Positions 46,108 to 59,303 of a stretch of DNA of 64,000 nt are shown piece by piece. A program made the translations under genes and the position numbers. A model generated the notes under the pieces. It was not told the DNA's origin, made no database searches, and was given only the letters and a program-made list of their open reading frames with translations. The stretch lies in NCBI GenBank assembly GCA_964057225.1, contig OZ059897.1:15004001-15068000 (forward strand), read 5' to 3'. Origin of the DNA: Auanema rhodensis (taxonomy: Eukaryota > Animalia > Nematoda). The stretch's first letter is position 1; every line of letters starts with the position of its first letter.

Positions 46108-48244
46108 ATGACGACCACTAGCTCTCTAATATTTTTTTCAGTACTCACTAGTTTATGTTTAGGTAGGAAATGAATTTATATTATCATATCTTTACAGTAG
46201 ATTTACTTAGCTCATTTTCTATTTTTTAATTTTTTTTTCAGGTGCTGTTGTAGAGCAACGGCGAAATTTTTTAACGCGAGAAGCATGCACAAAGAATCCT
46301 AAACTAGTATTCTGTGATAGTAATAACAATACTAATAGCGATAGCAGTAGTGATAGTTCTAATAATTCAAGAGATATTATACATGAAGATCATCGCCATA
46401 CTCGTGCCGATCATAAGAAATTGGAAGTTAGTACTTCGAGTACCACATTTCAATCTGATAGATTACACAAAAAACCTTTAGAATGCAAGTTTTCTATTTT
46501 TAATTGATATTCTTTATTTAGTTCACATTATAAGTTTATTTGATATTTTGTTTTTATAGTAGTTGTACCACCTCCGTTACCTCAAGATGCTAAAAATAGA
46601 GCACAGCTGGCTGATCATCAATTAAAATCAGACGATGCTCTTGAAAATCATCTCAAAGCCGATAAAGATACTGCGGAAGTAAGTTTTTTCGTTTTCATTT
46701 CCTTTTAAAGAGTTTTTGTAATACATAGGGTCGGCAAGCCATTCTAGTGAAGATGGAACAATTACGGTTAAAATGTGTTAAATTTGGACCAATAGTAAAA
46801 GAAGTAAATATATTATACTTTGAAAGTTTAAATATAATCTTATTCTAGAACTGTAAAGCAAAAGATACCCCAAAGGAACACATTGGACGATGTGCTGCTT
46901 ACTTCAAAGATTGTTCACGTTTTATGGCTAAATCTAATTCATTATATGATATAGCGCATTCATTTTCATCTGGAGTGAGTTGACTTAAATCATAAAATAT
47001 TTAATTAAATGCTATATTGGCTAAAATTCAATGTTCTTAAGGTTAATCTAAACTTGGCTACTGTGGAAGTGAATGGAATTCCCTATTATCCTATTAATGA
47101 AGAAGGAGGTGTAGGTGTATCACATACCTTGGGAGTACCATTCGGATCATGGGGTGGTGGATTCTCACATGGTGTTGGTGTCAGGTAAAGATTAATGTTC
47201 AATCAACGACAAAATATACTGTTTTCATATATGATTAGTTATTTATAATTTCTAACGACCTTTATAAACCAGTAGTTTTGTTTACGATTTAGATAAAGTG
47301 AAAAGAAATTATTGAAAAAACGGTTAAGAAATTCGGTTCTTTGGATGCAATGTTTCGCGTTTTTTCAGACTTTGGTTTTATTTCTTCATTACAACAAGAA
47401 ATTTATCATACCATTGTCAATTTATTTTAAAATAAATCGTTTTAGGGATTATTGGTCTCAAAATCAAGAAGCTGGTGCTAATTGGTATGATGGTAAATAT
47501 GGCTATAAGAATGGTTTGTGTTTATTCTCTTTAAATTCTTTATCGTAGTCGTTTCAATGCTACAGATAAAAACATTTTAAGAAAAAATATAGTAAAAATG
47601 CCACCAAGGTGTAAAATAATTGCAATTGAATTGTTACGCTAATATGTTGACGTAAAAAAACCGGGCGAATCCAACTTTCTACTTCTTTTCTGTCACTGAA
47701 CCGTAAAATTCTTGACATTCTCTATCTGTTTATCTTTGTGCATCTCTTTTCTTTTTCTGCAGGATGGTCAGTCCCTCTTGTTCAATCTCTGGGAATAGAA
47801 GGTGGACAACACAACACCGTCTCGGTTCCTCTTCATGGCAAAGATTTTGGAAGAATTGACGTGGACAATGGCTATCATGTGAGTTTCTTTCCACAATCAC
47901 AAGCTGTCATATCACCATAAAATCAATATTGTTCATACTGAAGTATGACAACGCAATTTCGTCTCTTTTATTCTCATCGCTTGTTCTCTCTCTTCAAAAC
48001 TGTTTGATGTTAGTCGCTCCCTTGAAACACATTGTAGTCGGAATGACAGATAGATAAATTCATACATTTTCAGGTTGGAGGCTACTATGGTCACAACGAT
48101 CATGTGGGTGTAGATTGGAGGAAGGGAAATGTTCAACACACATTCGGAGTTGGCGCTCCTATTGCAGGTGCTGGATTCATGACTGGTCGTGCCGTAGCAT
48201 TCCCTGGACTAGATGTCTGGCAGAGAGCACTAGGCAAGAAATAA
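46108..48244 (+). CDS. Secreted protein of unknown function with Cys motifs and a Gly/Tyr/Trp-rich C-terminal half
   Basis: Signal peptide MTTTSSLIFFSVLTSLCLG. Exons splice in frame through to ...DVWQRALGKK*. Confidence 0.75.
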
Positions 48245-49585
48245 TGTAAATATGTTATATTTATCTATTGTTTTCTACGTTGTTGTATAAAGTGGTGTGA
48301 ACATAAAGCTCATCAATGTGTCTACAATGTACCTATCTATCGTTTTTTCACCAATTTTACCATTACATTTTCTGTTTATTACTTGTAGCACGCAAAGCCA
48401 ATAGTTTGCCATCGAAAACTGCTTAGTGGGTGTGCAAAATTAACGAGGCGAACCAACCAGAATTCCCAATGGCAATTCCGGACCACTTTCAAGCTTTAGC
48501 CTCATCTTCTAGCCTTTGGTCTCCGCAAAACAAAGCAGAATTTTGATTTTACTTTTGAATACTATCCAAATGCAAACTTCCTCTCGAATTGAAGTCTTGG
48601 TGACTCATAGAACGGGTTAGATCTGACTTTCAAGCTGTCTTGTGATATCAAAAGAAAAAGCGGGTATGGGTTAAAGAATGCGATTGATTCATTTTCCATA
48701 TATCCTTTTTCTCCGATACAGGATGCATAATATCATGGCAAAATAGCTTTCTTTCTTATGAAATGTATCTTCCTCTGTTTCTTGTCGGTTTAATGTCAAA
48801 GTCTTGGACACCGTCTCGTTTGCTTCTCTCGGTTGTTTTTCACTTGTGCATAGATGCGACGTGGGGCGATTATTGATTTCGTACCGAGAACTAGCATACG
48901 GGTAGGGGTCCTACTCTCTTACATAATTTTTTAAAATCTGTTATTTAAAAACATCTTTTATTTACAATAATGCTGGAAAAGCCTCATGTGTTTGTTAGTT
49001 GATTAGTTAGTACGTGAAAATACGTGAAGTCTGCTCTTTCTATATTAGACTTACTTTCGTTCATTCTGGTCACATCTTGATTCTGTAGAGTGGAATTACC
49101 ATAAGAATCACTCAATTCATAATTGATTTGTTTAATGCAGTATTATAACAGAAAAAATTGTTTTTCTTCTGGCTTTATATTGTTTGGTCTATGATTTATT
49201 TCGAATAACGATATGATATTATACTATTAGCTTTCTAAACTTTTTTCATTACATAATATGATCGATTGTCAAGAACATAATTAACAATAAAGAAAGGAAG
49301 TTTAATTAGTTTCGCTCAATTTTCTAATCCAGAATGCTCATTTGAGCTCAAAGAACTAGTGAAGTTTAATTTATATTTATATTTTTTATTTTTTTATTGA
49401 CAAAGTTTTTGCTTTTAATTTTTTCAACTGTTTATATGATTTTTACTTTTAATTATTATCAATCATGTCTTGTGCCAATGTTTAGCTTGTCGTGTTTCTT
49501 TCTTGCATTTTCCTCATTCTTACATTCTTTGCATTCTTTCTTTTTAAAAAAACTTAAAATTCAGTATCTGAGGGAGATTCTTCTG

Positions 49586-52500
49586 ATGAATGGCAACCCT
49601 CCCTCTTCCTTAATCGTGGGTGATGTTACCGAACCACCTCACCAAAAAGGTTGGGAGCATACTCATAAGCAGGATGTAAGTTATAACAATCTTTAGATTA
49701 TTGATATATTTTTGAATTACAGCCTGTGGGATCCCCTAGTTCTTTAGAGTATACTGTTGATGAAGAAGATGAATACTCTGATGATGACGATGAAATACAG
49801 TATTGTGATTGTATCGCTGCAGCTTTGCAACATAGTTTACCCGGAACTCCCGGAAAAAAAGGTTTCCTTGCTAATTAAGTTATATTTTGTCATTATTGCA
49901 TTTCTCTTAGGTATAATACCTTATACTTCAATATACGACACTCAGCATCAAGCTCGAAAAAGGGGATATTGGATTCCTGGGGTTCCCGTTAACGCTAAGA
50001 TTATCAGTGTGGAAAAAAATACTGATAGCGGAATTCACTTCATTAATACTTTTCTGTAAGATCGCACTTTTTTGTTCCATTTTGAGCTCGGATTTAGGTA
50101 TACTATTGAATTACAACATGGAAAGTTCAAATGGACTGTTGTTCGGAATTACAAGGATTTCACTCTTCTTAACAATCGTCTTATGGCCCATCGTGCAGCA
50201 GAGCGGTTACGTGCACCTGTGCGAAGGTACACTTTTTGTTGTTTTTTCTTTGTATCCTGTCTTGTCTATCTGTCTTTTTTCATATTTAACTTATCCCAAT
50301 GCTTTATTTAGATTCAGAAGGAACGGTAAAGTTCGAGAGTAAGTAGTATTATTTCAGTCAAAAACGTGAAGTGTTTGTTTTGTTCGGTCACTAGAAAGCT
50401 ATGATATATTGTGTCCATTGATATGTCTTGTAATTATCTTGCCTGTTTTGATTTTGTTTGTTTGGCTATGCACGATATAATTCAATTCTCCTAGAGTTTT
50501 AAAAGCTTGTTTCCAGAGCACAAGAACGAGTCGATGCTTTCCTCGAAAACGTTGGGGTCGATATTATTGCTGACCACAAAGATGATTGTCCATATTCAAA
50601 GCATAATGTGGCTAGTCGACGAAAATCAAAGGTAATGATACCTATGTAGTTTTTGTAACATAATAGTTTTTAAAGATGGAAGTTCTAAAACGCACATCTG
50701 ATGCTTTTGATTCCGCCGCTCGTAACGGGAAAGAAGCTCCTCTGGCAATCGCTGAGAGTCCATTAGAAACCCCAGATGAAGAACGAAAAGCTAGCATGAT
50801 CCAAGCTGTTAACTGTATTTTGTTACTTTATTAATCTTTTCAATATTGGCTACTTTCAGCTGGAATTCTCCAAGATGAAACTCAACCTATTATCACTCTT
50901 TCTAAGCAGGGGATGGCTATCATAAAGGAAGAGAGTGTTGCTACTTATACCGATGATCAAGTAAGTTCAAACAAAATTTTTGTTTTGTGGTTTGTGCTAT
51001 TCACACTTTACGTAGGAACACTATTTGGGAGACTCAGAGCAAGAGCAACAGCTTTTGGTATATTTGCAGATTTTGCGTAGTGTTTTGTAGTATTGCTTAG
51101 ATATAGTTGGCTACTGTTCTCGTGTCGCGCTTTTGCTTTCTGGCTTTCTTTTCTCCTTAATTCTTTTCCCCTTTCAGACTAGATCGGCCAAGAAAATGAA
51201 AACAAGACAAAGAAAAAAGCATAACCTTCCACCGTTTCCACGATTACCAGATTATATGGTTACTAATGTTGAGCTAAGAAAGGTTTTTTAAAGCATGTTA
51301 CTTTGAGTAGAAGTTAGCCTGTTTAGAAGCAATTAGAGAATTGGCTGCAAATGCTTCTTCATATCCCCATTAATAGAAACCATCATGAAACAGTAAGGAA
51401 AAAATCATGAATCACTCGAAAAACTTGGAATATTTCTAGGCTGAATTCCTTGAGATATCACGATTTTCGTTTGTGAATGATTTGGGAGGAAAGCATACAG
51501 AAGGCTTTGTGAAGAAAAGACCCGGAGGGGCTCGTGTATTTCTTGGATGGAAGCAATGCTGTGTTCGTTATTTGGTACCATGGAGCAAACGGTAAGATTT
51601 TTTTTATAAATTTACTTTGAGTCATCCATTTTAAACTTTATAGTTGGTTAATGGTTCGTGATTCATTTGTTGCTTATATGGATCATCGATCAGAACAAAT
51701 TCGTCTAGTACTTTTAATGGATAAAGATTTTAAAGTTGCTGCAGGAGGAAGGGAAGCAGATGGAATTCCAACGGGTTTAATCATAACTAACACACAACAG
51801 TATTTTTCCAAAGGAACAAACAAATTAATCATAATGTGCGTTCAGTGAACTTCACTTGAAATGTCGTCGTATACAAGATACTGATCGATGGAAGAAAGTA
51901 ATAGAGCAGTCCATTGCTGGACCAGGAAACATATGGATCCAACCACATAGATACTCTTCCTCTTTTCCCGTTAGAACCAATTCGTATGCTAAATGGTAAT
52001 CTCATATTTTAGTTTCTTAATGGCATATTCTCGATTTAGGTTTGTGGATGCTCGTACATTTATGAGCCATGCTGCAGATATGATGGAACTTGCAAGGGAA
52101 GAAATATTCATTGCTGATTGGTGGCTTAGTCCTGAGGTAACGTTCATAAATCAGCATTAATATATCAACGGTTGTTAGATCTTTTTGAAAAGACCTGCTC
52201 TTGAAGGAACATATTGGCGGTTAGATCAGATTTTAAAAAGAAAAGCGGAACAAGGTGTTAAAGTTTTTGTTCTTTTGTATAAAGAAATGGAAATGGCTCT
52301 TGGCTTAAATAGTATTTACACCAAGAAAACATTACAAGCTCTTCATCCTAATATAAAGGTGAGACACTGTTCAATAGAATTTTTGTTTACCTTCGGTTTC
52401 TGAGAACAAACTCTTCAAACATACTTTAGGTTATGCGCCATCCTGATCACTACCCTTCAACTGGAACTTTTTTCTGGGCTCATCATGAAAAATTAATTGT

Positions 52501-55500
52501 TATTGATCAGTTAATATCTTTTGTTGGAGGTAAGGAAGTTCTATTTTCAGTATAAATCCGTTTATAATTTAGGTGTTGATTTGTGCTTTGGTCGATGGGA
52601 TGATGACCAACATTTGTTAACTGATTTAGGTTCCGTTCAGTTTACTCAGCAACATGCTTTTAATCAAGATCATTCATTAGTATGATGCTTTCCATTACAT
52701 GTTTCATCACGTATTTTAGGCTTCTGGACTCAGAGCTTTAGTGAGTGCTCCATTAACATTGGGTCCATTAGGATTGGAAGAGCATGAAAATGTGGTTCCG
52801 ACGGACGTATCTAAACCAATAGAACCTGAGCATTCAATTCCACATGGTAATCCACATGTTATTAGAACAGTTGATTATTTTGTTTTTCAGTTTGTCCCGA
52901 AGGGTCGAATTCTACTTGTGAACGACAGGTGTTCAAATTTATTCCAACGTTCGTTTGATATTTATTGTTGTTACAGGTTACATCTATTATTGTTACGGAA
53001 GGTGAAGATGTTGTCGATAGCACCGTAGCACCTGCACACAAGCAGGAACAAGAAGAGGTTTGTTTTGCTCCTACAACAGTTCCTTTAAGTATTATATATA
53101 TATATATTTAACATAAGTGTTTCAGGTTGTGTTCACCGATAAAGAAACTGGAGGTGTCATGGTTAGGATTTTGAGAAAAAGTAATTTTAGTGGGTATTGA
53201 CTCTTTATAACTTTCTCTTTAGTGAGTAAACAATCGAAGCCTGCAGAATTAAAATATTCACGTCATTCTACCCCTCCAACAATGCTTACAGCCGGAGATA
53301 GATCGTCTCAAGTTTCAGTTAACTCTGATAAAAAAGATAAAAAAGATGACACAAAGGAGAAAGCAGTGGGATTTAAAGAGTTTAGTAGTATTTTTCAAAA
53401 AATATATGCTTCAGGCTGCTCGAGTAAAAAGAGCAGTTTCCGCTGATAGAAAGAAAATTCCATTGGAAGTTTTGAATGAAGCGGGCCCAGCTCCTTCACT
53501 TTTTGATAAAGCTGCCAGAAGTGGAATGGATTTAGCAACAGCTGCAGAAAAGTATAAAGCTTATGTGAATAGTGGGGCTATTCAAAAGGTAAGATGAATC
53601 TATAATATTCCTAATGCTTCTATACGTCGTAGGAGAAACATCGCTCACAAACCCCACCAATGAAGCGAAAAGAGAGTCGTCTTACTAGGGTTGTCGATAA
53701 CTGGAAAAGTAATCGTGCTAAACGAAAATGGAAGGAAGTCTTGGATACAGATGATCCGACCGCAGGTTATGAACTTGATTGGTTGCGACTGCAAAAGAAA
53801 GTAGTTTAGTTCTTTCTTTCCGAATTTTTAAAACATGCTCTATTAGGAAGAAGAGGAATGCGTTGATGGAGGAGTTAAATTGTGGGTTGGAAAAGATTAT
53901 GTTAACTTCATTCATAAAGATTTTGTTGAAGTCGATATGCCTTTCCATGGTATATATTTATAATGTTTACAATTGCTCTATCCGATTCCTTCTACAGATT
54001 TTATTGATCGCGGTAGAACTCCAAGAATGCCTTGGCATGATATTCATTCTGTAACATTTGGTATGCCTGCTAGAGATGTAGCAAGACATTTTATTCAAAG
54101 ATGGAATGCTACTAAAACTGAAAAGCTAAAAGATGACAATAACTATCCATATCTCTTGCCAAAAACTTACGAAAATTTAAAAGTACCTCGTGTATTCAGA
54201 AATGCTAGATTTAGTGAGAATGTTGATGTACAGGTTGGTGTTTAACTTCATATTTTCTCAGTTCTCTCTTTCTTTTAGGTGCTACGTTCCTTGTCCAATT
54301 GGTCTGGACTCATCAATCAGACAGAAGATTCGATTCAAATGGCCTACCTCTCTCTTATAGCTAATTCAAAGGTATTAAATTACTAATTAATATTTTAAAA
54401 ATAAAAATACCTTTTTTAGCATTATATTTATATTGAAAATCAATTTTTTGTATCCATGATTGACTCAAATGATGTATCCAACGAAATTTGTAAAGTCCTG
54501 TGCAATCGTATAATTCGTGCACACAAGTAAGTATCTCTTAATTCATGCTGAAAATATATACTTTTTTTATAGAGATAAAGAAAATTTTCGTGTTTACATC
54601 ATGATTCCTCTTCTACCCGGATTTGAAGGCGATGTCGGAGCACCAGGTGGATCTTCTCTTCAAGCCGTCCTTCATTGGACTTACCAATCTCTTAGTCGAG
54701 GACCTCATTCTTTGATTGAACGATTGAAAACGGTTATTCCCGATCCATTCAAATATCTAAGTATTGGATCTCTTAGGACTTATGATATGCTAGGAGGAAA
54801 GCTTGTATGTTTTTTCCCTTTAATTTATAATAACGCTAAGCTTCTAGGTTACTGAATTAATTTATATTCATTGTAAATTACTCATCGTAGATGATGAGCA
54901 TGTTATAATTGGTTCAGCAAATATTAATGATCGTTCTCAGGTTTCTCATTTACAATTCATTTACATAGTTTTGTGTATATCATTTAGGTTGGAAATCGCG
55001 ATTCTGAAGTGTGTTGTTTATATACTGATATCGTCAAAGAGCAAAGTATGATGGATGGAAAACCTTATCAAGCTGGCCGATTTGCCAAAAGCTTGCGATT
55101 ACAGTGTATGAAGGTATACAATAATGTTCCGAATCCTATGTTGATATATAATTTTTAGGAACATCTTGGTTTACTTTCTAATTGCCGTCGTCCGTCGAAA
55201 TTCATGTATGAAATTACTTGCGATGACCCTGTTGCTGATGCGTTCTTTGTTGATATTTGGCAATCAACAGCTAGCTCAAATACTAGAATTTATGAAGAGG
55301 TTAGTTAATGTTTATCTGAAAAATCTGATATTGTACACGAATATACATTAAACATGTTTGTTTTTAAAGGTTTTCCGTGCTTATCCAACTGATAATGTGG
55401 AAACCTTCGATGAGTTCCAAAAATGGACTGGTCAGATGCCACTAGCTGAATATTCTCCTCAACAGGCTGAAGAAAAAATGAGGGATATCAAAGGTATCTC

Positions 55501-55647
55501 TGACGATTATAAACTTTGAAAATTGTTATATCTTCTAATTGTTTAGGTACTCTGGTGGAATTCCCACTGAATTTCTTATGTAAGGCAACTTTAACTCCAG
55601 GAATAACATCCAAAGAAGGTCTTATTCCAAATGCAGTATTTACATAA
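49586..55647 (+). CDS. pld-1: Phospholipase D (PX-PH-PLD)
   Basis: PX region ([12 protein letters not shown]), [19 protein letters not shown] motifs HHEKLIVID and [26 protein letters not shown] and GSANINDRS. Confidence 0.96.
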
Positions 55648-56111
55648 TTTATTTCATTGCCCATATTTTAATTTTAGTATTTTTTTCATATTTTCACGAT
55701 ATTTAATTGATACATTTTTTTAACAATCAGCTGCTCTTGTCTTCTTCTTTTTCCTCTTTAGGAAGAATGTCCCAACATATGTTATGCATAGCCTCCGGTG
55801 CTTTCTGCTCGTGCAAATTGAAAAACACAGAAAAATAATGCAAATGTATATAAATATATATATTTAATCGCTTTTACCTGCTTTTGTGATAGTGTATAGA
55901 TAATTTAATGATATACCGCATATGAAATCCGTATCTAATTTAATTTCTTACTTTAAGCTGGCTTTTCATATTTACTAAATCTTCGTTAATAACATCTTTA
56001 ATTTTTAATTTTATTTCTTTATTAAATCAGGAATGTTTCTACGTTTTATATACATCTATATACATATTTATAATTGGTTATATGTTGAACTCAATTGAAA
56101 TTCAGAAGTCC

Positions 56112-57761
56112 ATGTCCGAAGAGCAAGCTAAAAAGCCTCTTGTACCTGGGCCCCCCGCTCCATTACCACAGTTCTCAATGCCATCAACCGGCTTTACTCC
56201 TCCTAAACCTCCTGTATTACACCCTAATGTGAAAAACATGAAAGGTGAAAAACAAACAAATCCATTTGCTTCTAGAAAACCAAAGGTTTTAATTTCTTAT
56301 CATGGTTAATTTAAATACTATTTAAGACGGTTGTTAAAACAGAAAATCAAAATGTTAAAAGTAATCCGATAAAGGAAGAAGAAGTTAAGCCTGTACCTAA
56401 AGAGGAAAACGTTGTTACCCAACCACCGGTGGAAATTAATAATGAAATCGATAGAGAATCAGAAAACAAAGCTGAATCTAAAACATTTGATGAGAGATGC
56501 AATGCCGACCCTACTCTGCAAAACAATCGCTTGCTGACTTCTGATAATAAACAACAAGAATTACATCTTGAAGTACTTATATATAACTTAAATTTGAACT
56601 TTTAAAATGTTGTCTCTTCAGAAATCTGAGCTTGTCGATGCAATAACTCCCGAAAAAAAAGTGAGAGATGATAGCATTACATCGGATAAAGTTGATTCAT
56701 CTTCTATGGAAGCTTCTACTCTTCCAAGTGATAGGGTATGATAATATTATGCGAAAATGTTAAGTGGTATTATAAACACTAGATTGACATGACCGCTGGC
56801 TTAATGGGTTGGCTTTCCAAAACCATGACAGAAAGTAAACTCCTATCCGATGTTGCTGTGAAAGCTCGAGTATGTTCTTGGGAATTGAAAAAGTGCTAAA
56901 TCATCTAATTATAGTATGGCATGGAACAAGTAATTATAACTTTAGATCCAGGAATGAAAGGTTTTTTATCTCGAGATGGAGTAGTAAGTAGCACATAGGC
57001 TTCACCTCAATCAATTTATTATTTAAAGGTAGATTTATACGTCTCTTTTGAAAATCAAGACCAAATAAAAGCTGTACATGAAGGGTTTGAGCGAGTATTT
57101 GCTAACGTGCTTATCCGAAATGTTCCAACTGGTAAAGGTATTGTAAACTATGAAAACACCATTTGAAAACTTTGTTCAGGTGATTTACCTGATACTGTAT
57201 ATGGTTCATCGTATTCATTGGATATGTGTCGGAAAAGAGTCAGCAAAATTGTTCTATCAAGACTTGTTCCTGCTGATTCGGCTATTCTAGTGTTTCAGCC
57301 ATTTCTCCTTCATTTCGATGAAAAGTAATTTCTTAACATACTATTCCTTGAAAATCCCTACACCTAGGCTATATGCTGCGACTCGTTTGTTCCTACAATG
57401 GAAAGAGCATGAATTGAATGCGATTACCCAACTTTTGGAAGTTTCTCAGCCTGTTTATGAACTTTTGAATGCATGTTAATACTCCATGAAAGAAAAAATA
57501 CTCTTTATTTAGACGAGATCAAAGGCAGAAGGAATGAAGCAGCATGACTATCCTATTACTGTCACTACTGCTGCACAAGAGGTATTAGATATTCCCTTTT
57601 CTTATTTAAAAATTAAAAATGTTAAGGTTTATGGATTCAAAGAAGAGACCTGGGCAGGTCCCTCACCTCCGTATTCATTTACAGAGTTGTTGACCCCCGC
57701 ATCCTCAGCTGTAGCTCTGAATTTTATGAATTTAAGTATTTCACTATCAAATGAAGAATAA
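56112..57761 (+). CDS. PRRC1-like protein (Pro-rich N-terminus, NTPase-like C-terminal domain)
   Basis: Pro-rich N-terminus, GLMGWL..VAVKA..MEQVIITLDPGM and KAVHEGFERVF, resembling PRRC1. Needs a GC-AG intron at 57471-57512. Confidence 0.75.
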
Positions 57762-57948
57762 TCACTTAATACTGATTGGGGAATATAATATACTAACTGT
57801 GATCTATACAATTCACTGGTCTTATTGAACTTTGCTTTTAAAAGGGTTTATTTTAACCATCGACATATGCTATAATTTGCTTAGAAATAAAAGTATATAA
57901 TAACAAGTGCATATTTACGAAATTTATGTTCTCAAATTAAAAACTAAA

Positions 57949-57971
57949 CCCATACGACATACGGAGATTCA
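57949..57971 (+). promoter_or_regulatory. Candidate proximal sequence element (snRNA-type promoter) of U3, repeated in every unit
   Basis: CCCATAC-N3-ATACGG-N-GAT-N-CA sits at about -57 to -35. It is kept at identical spacing in the otherwise diverged flank of copy 1 and in all internal spacers. Confidence 0.6.
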
Positions 57972-58005
57972 AATGATACGGTTCAGAGAAAACAGTGAAT
58001 CTTTG

Positions 58006-58190
58006 AAATCATACTACACAGAATCATTTCTGTAGTTTGTATTTCACATTCCCTTTTAAACTTCGACACATGTTGACCGCGGTGAAAGGGTAATGAGCAG
58101 GTTGCGAGCGTGAAGAACTTCTTCGGAAGTTGATGACCGCGAGCTAGCCGGCAACGGAAAGCTTTTGTAATCTGCTCATCTGAGCGGTTT
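58006..58190 (+). ncRNA. U3: U3 snoRNA, copy 1
   Basis: Box A'/A (AUCAUACUACACAGAAUCAUUUCUGUAG), terminal stem ACCGC/GCGGU, box C'-like GUGAAAG, 13-bp central stem, box B GAGCGUGAAG (58106-58115), cUUCGg hairpin, box C UGAUGA (58131-58136), GCAA hairpin and box D CUGA (58180-58183). Ends are +/-3 nt. Confidence 0.93.
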
Positions 58191-58376
58191 TAATCGGTTA
58201 ATCATGAAGGAAACTGAAAGAGTTTCAACTGGACTTCACTTCTTCGACCTTCTTGCATCACTCCCCATGCTGCTTACGGCTCTGTCAGGCTACATCAGGC
58301 TCTATGGCAGCCTATACATCCCATACCAAATACGGCGATCCAGTTAGTTCTCTTCAGAGAAAACAGTGATTCTTTG

Positions 58377-58561
58377 AAATCATACTACACAGAATCATTT
58401 CTGTAGTTTGTATTTCACATTCCCTTTTAAACTTCGACACATGTTGACCGCGGTGAAAGGGTAATGAGCAGGTTGCGAGCGTGAAGAACTTCTTCGGAAG
58501 TTGATGACCGCGAGCTAGCCGGCAACGGAAAGCTTTTGTAATCTGCTCATCTGAGCGGTTT
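58377..58561 (+). ncRNA. U3: U3 snoRNA, copy 2
   Basis: Matches copy 1. Confidence 0.92.
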
Positions 58562-58747
58562 TAATCGGTTAATCATGAAGGAAACTGAAAGAGTTTCAAC
58601 TGGACTTCACTTCTTCGACCTTCTTGCATCACTCCCCATGCTGCTTACGGCTCTGTCAGGCTACATCAGGCTCTATGGCAGCGTATACATCCCATACCAA
58701 ATACGGCGATCCAGTTAGTTCTCTTCAGAGATAACAGTGAATCTTTG

Positions 58748-58932
58748 AAATCATACTACACAGAATCATTTCTGTAGTTTGTATTTCACATTCCCTTTTA
58801 AACTTCGACACATGTTGACCGCGGTGAAAGGGTAATGAGCAGGTTGCGAGCGTGAAGAACTTCTTCGGAAGTTGATGACCGCGAGTTAGCCGGCAACGGA
58901 AAGCTTTTGTAATCTGCTCATCTGAGCGGTTT
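58748..58932 (+). ncRNA. U3: U3 snoRNA, copy 3
   Basis: As copy 1 with C>T at 58886 (C-G to U.G pair). Confidence 0.92.
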
Positions 58933-59118
58933 TAATCGGTTAATCATGAAGGAAACTGAAAGAGTTTCAACTGGACTTCACTTCTTCGACCTTCTTGCAT
59001 CACTCCCCATGCTGCTTACGGCTCTGTCAGGCTACATCAGGCTCTATGGCAGCCTATACATCCCATACCAAATACGGCGATCCAGTTAGTTCTCTTCAGA
59101 GATAACAGTGAATCTTTG

Positions 59119-59303
59119 AAATCATACTACACAGAATCATTTCTGTAGTTTGTATTTCACATTCCCTTTTAAACTTCGACACATGTTGACCGCGGTGAAA
59201 GGGTAATGAGCAGGTTGCGAGCGTGAAGAACTTCTTCGGAAGTTGATGACCGCGAGCTAGCCGGCAACGGAAAGCTTTTGTAATCTGCTCATCTGAGCGG
59301 TTT
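59119..59303 (+). ncRNA. U3: U3 snoRNA, copy 4
   Basis: Matches copy 1. Confidence 0.92.

Noticed and set aside
58116-58165. Hammerhead or hairpin ribozyme in the repeat (UUGAUGA…GAAA; CAGAGAAAACA)
   Set aside because: Stem II and the cleavage triplet cannot be formed. The motifs are explained by U3 box C and its adjacent hairpins.
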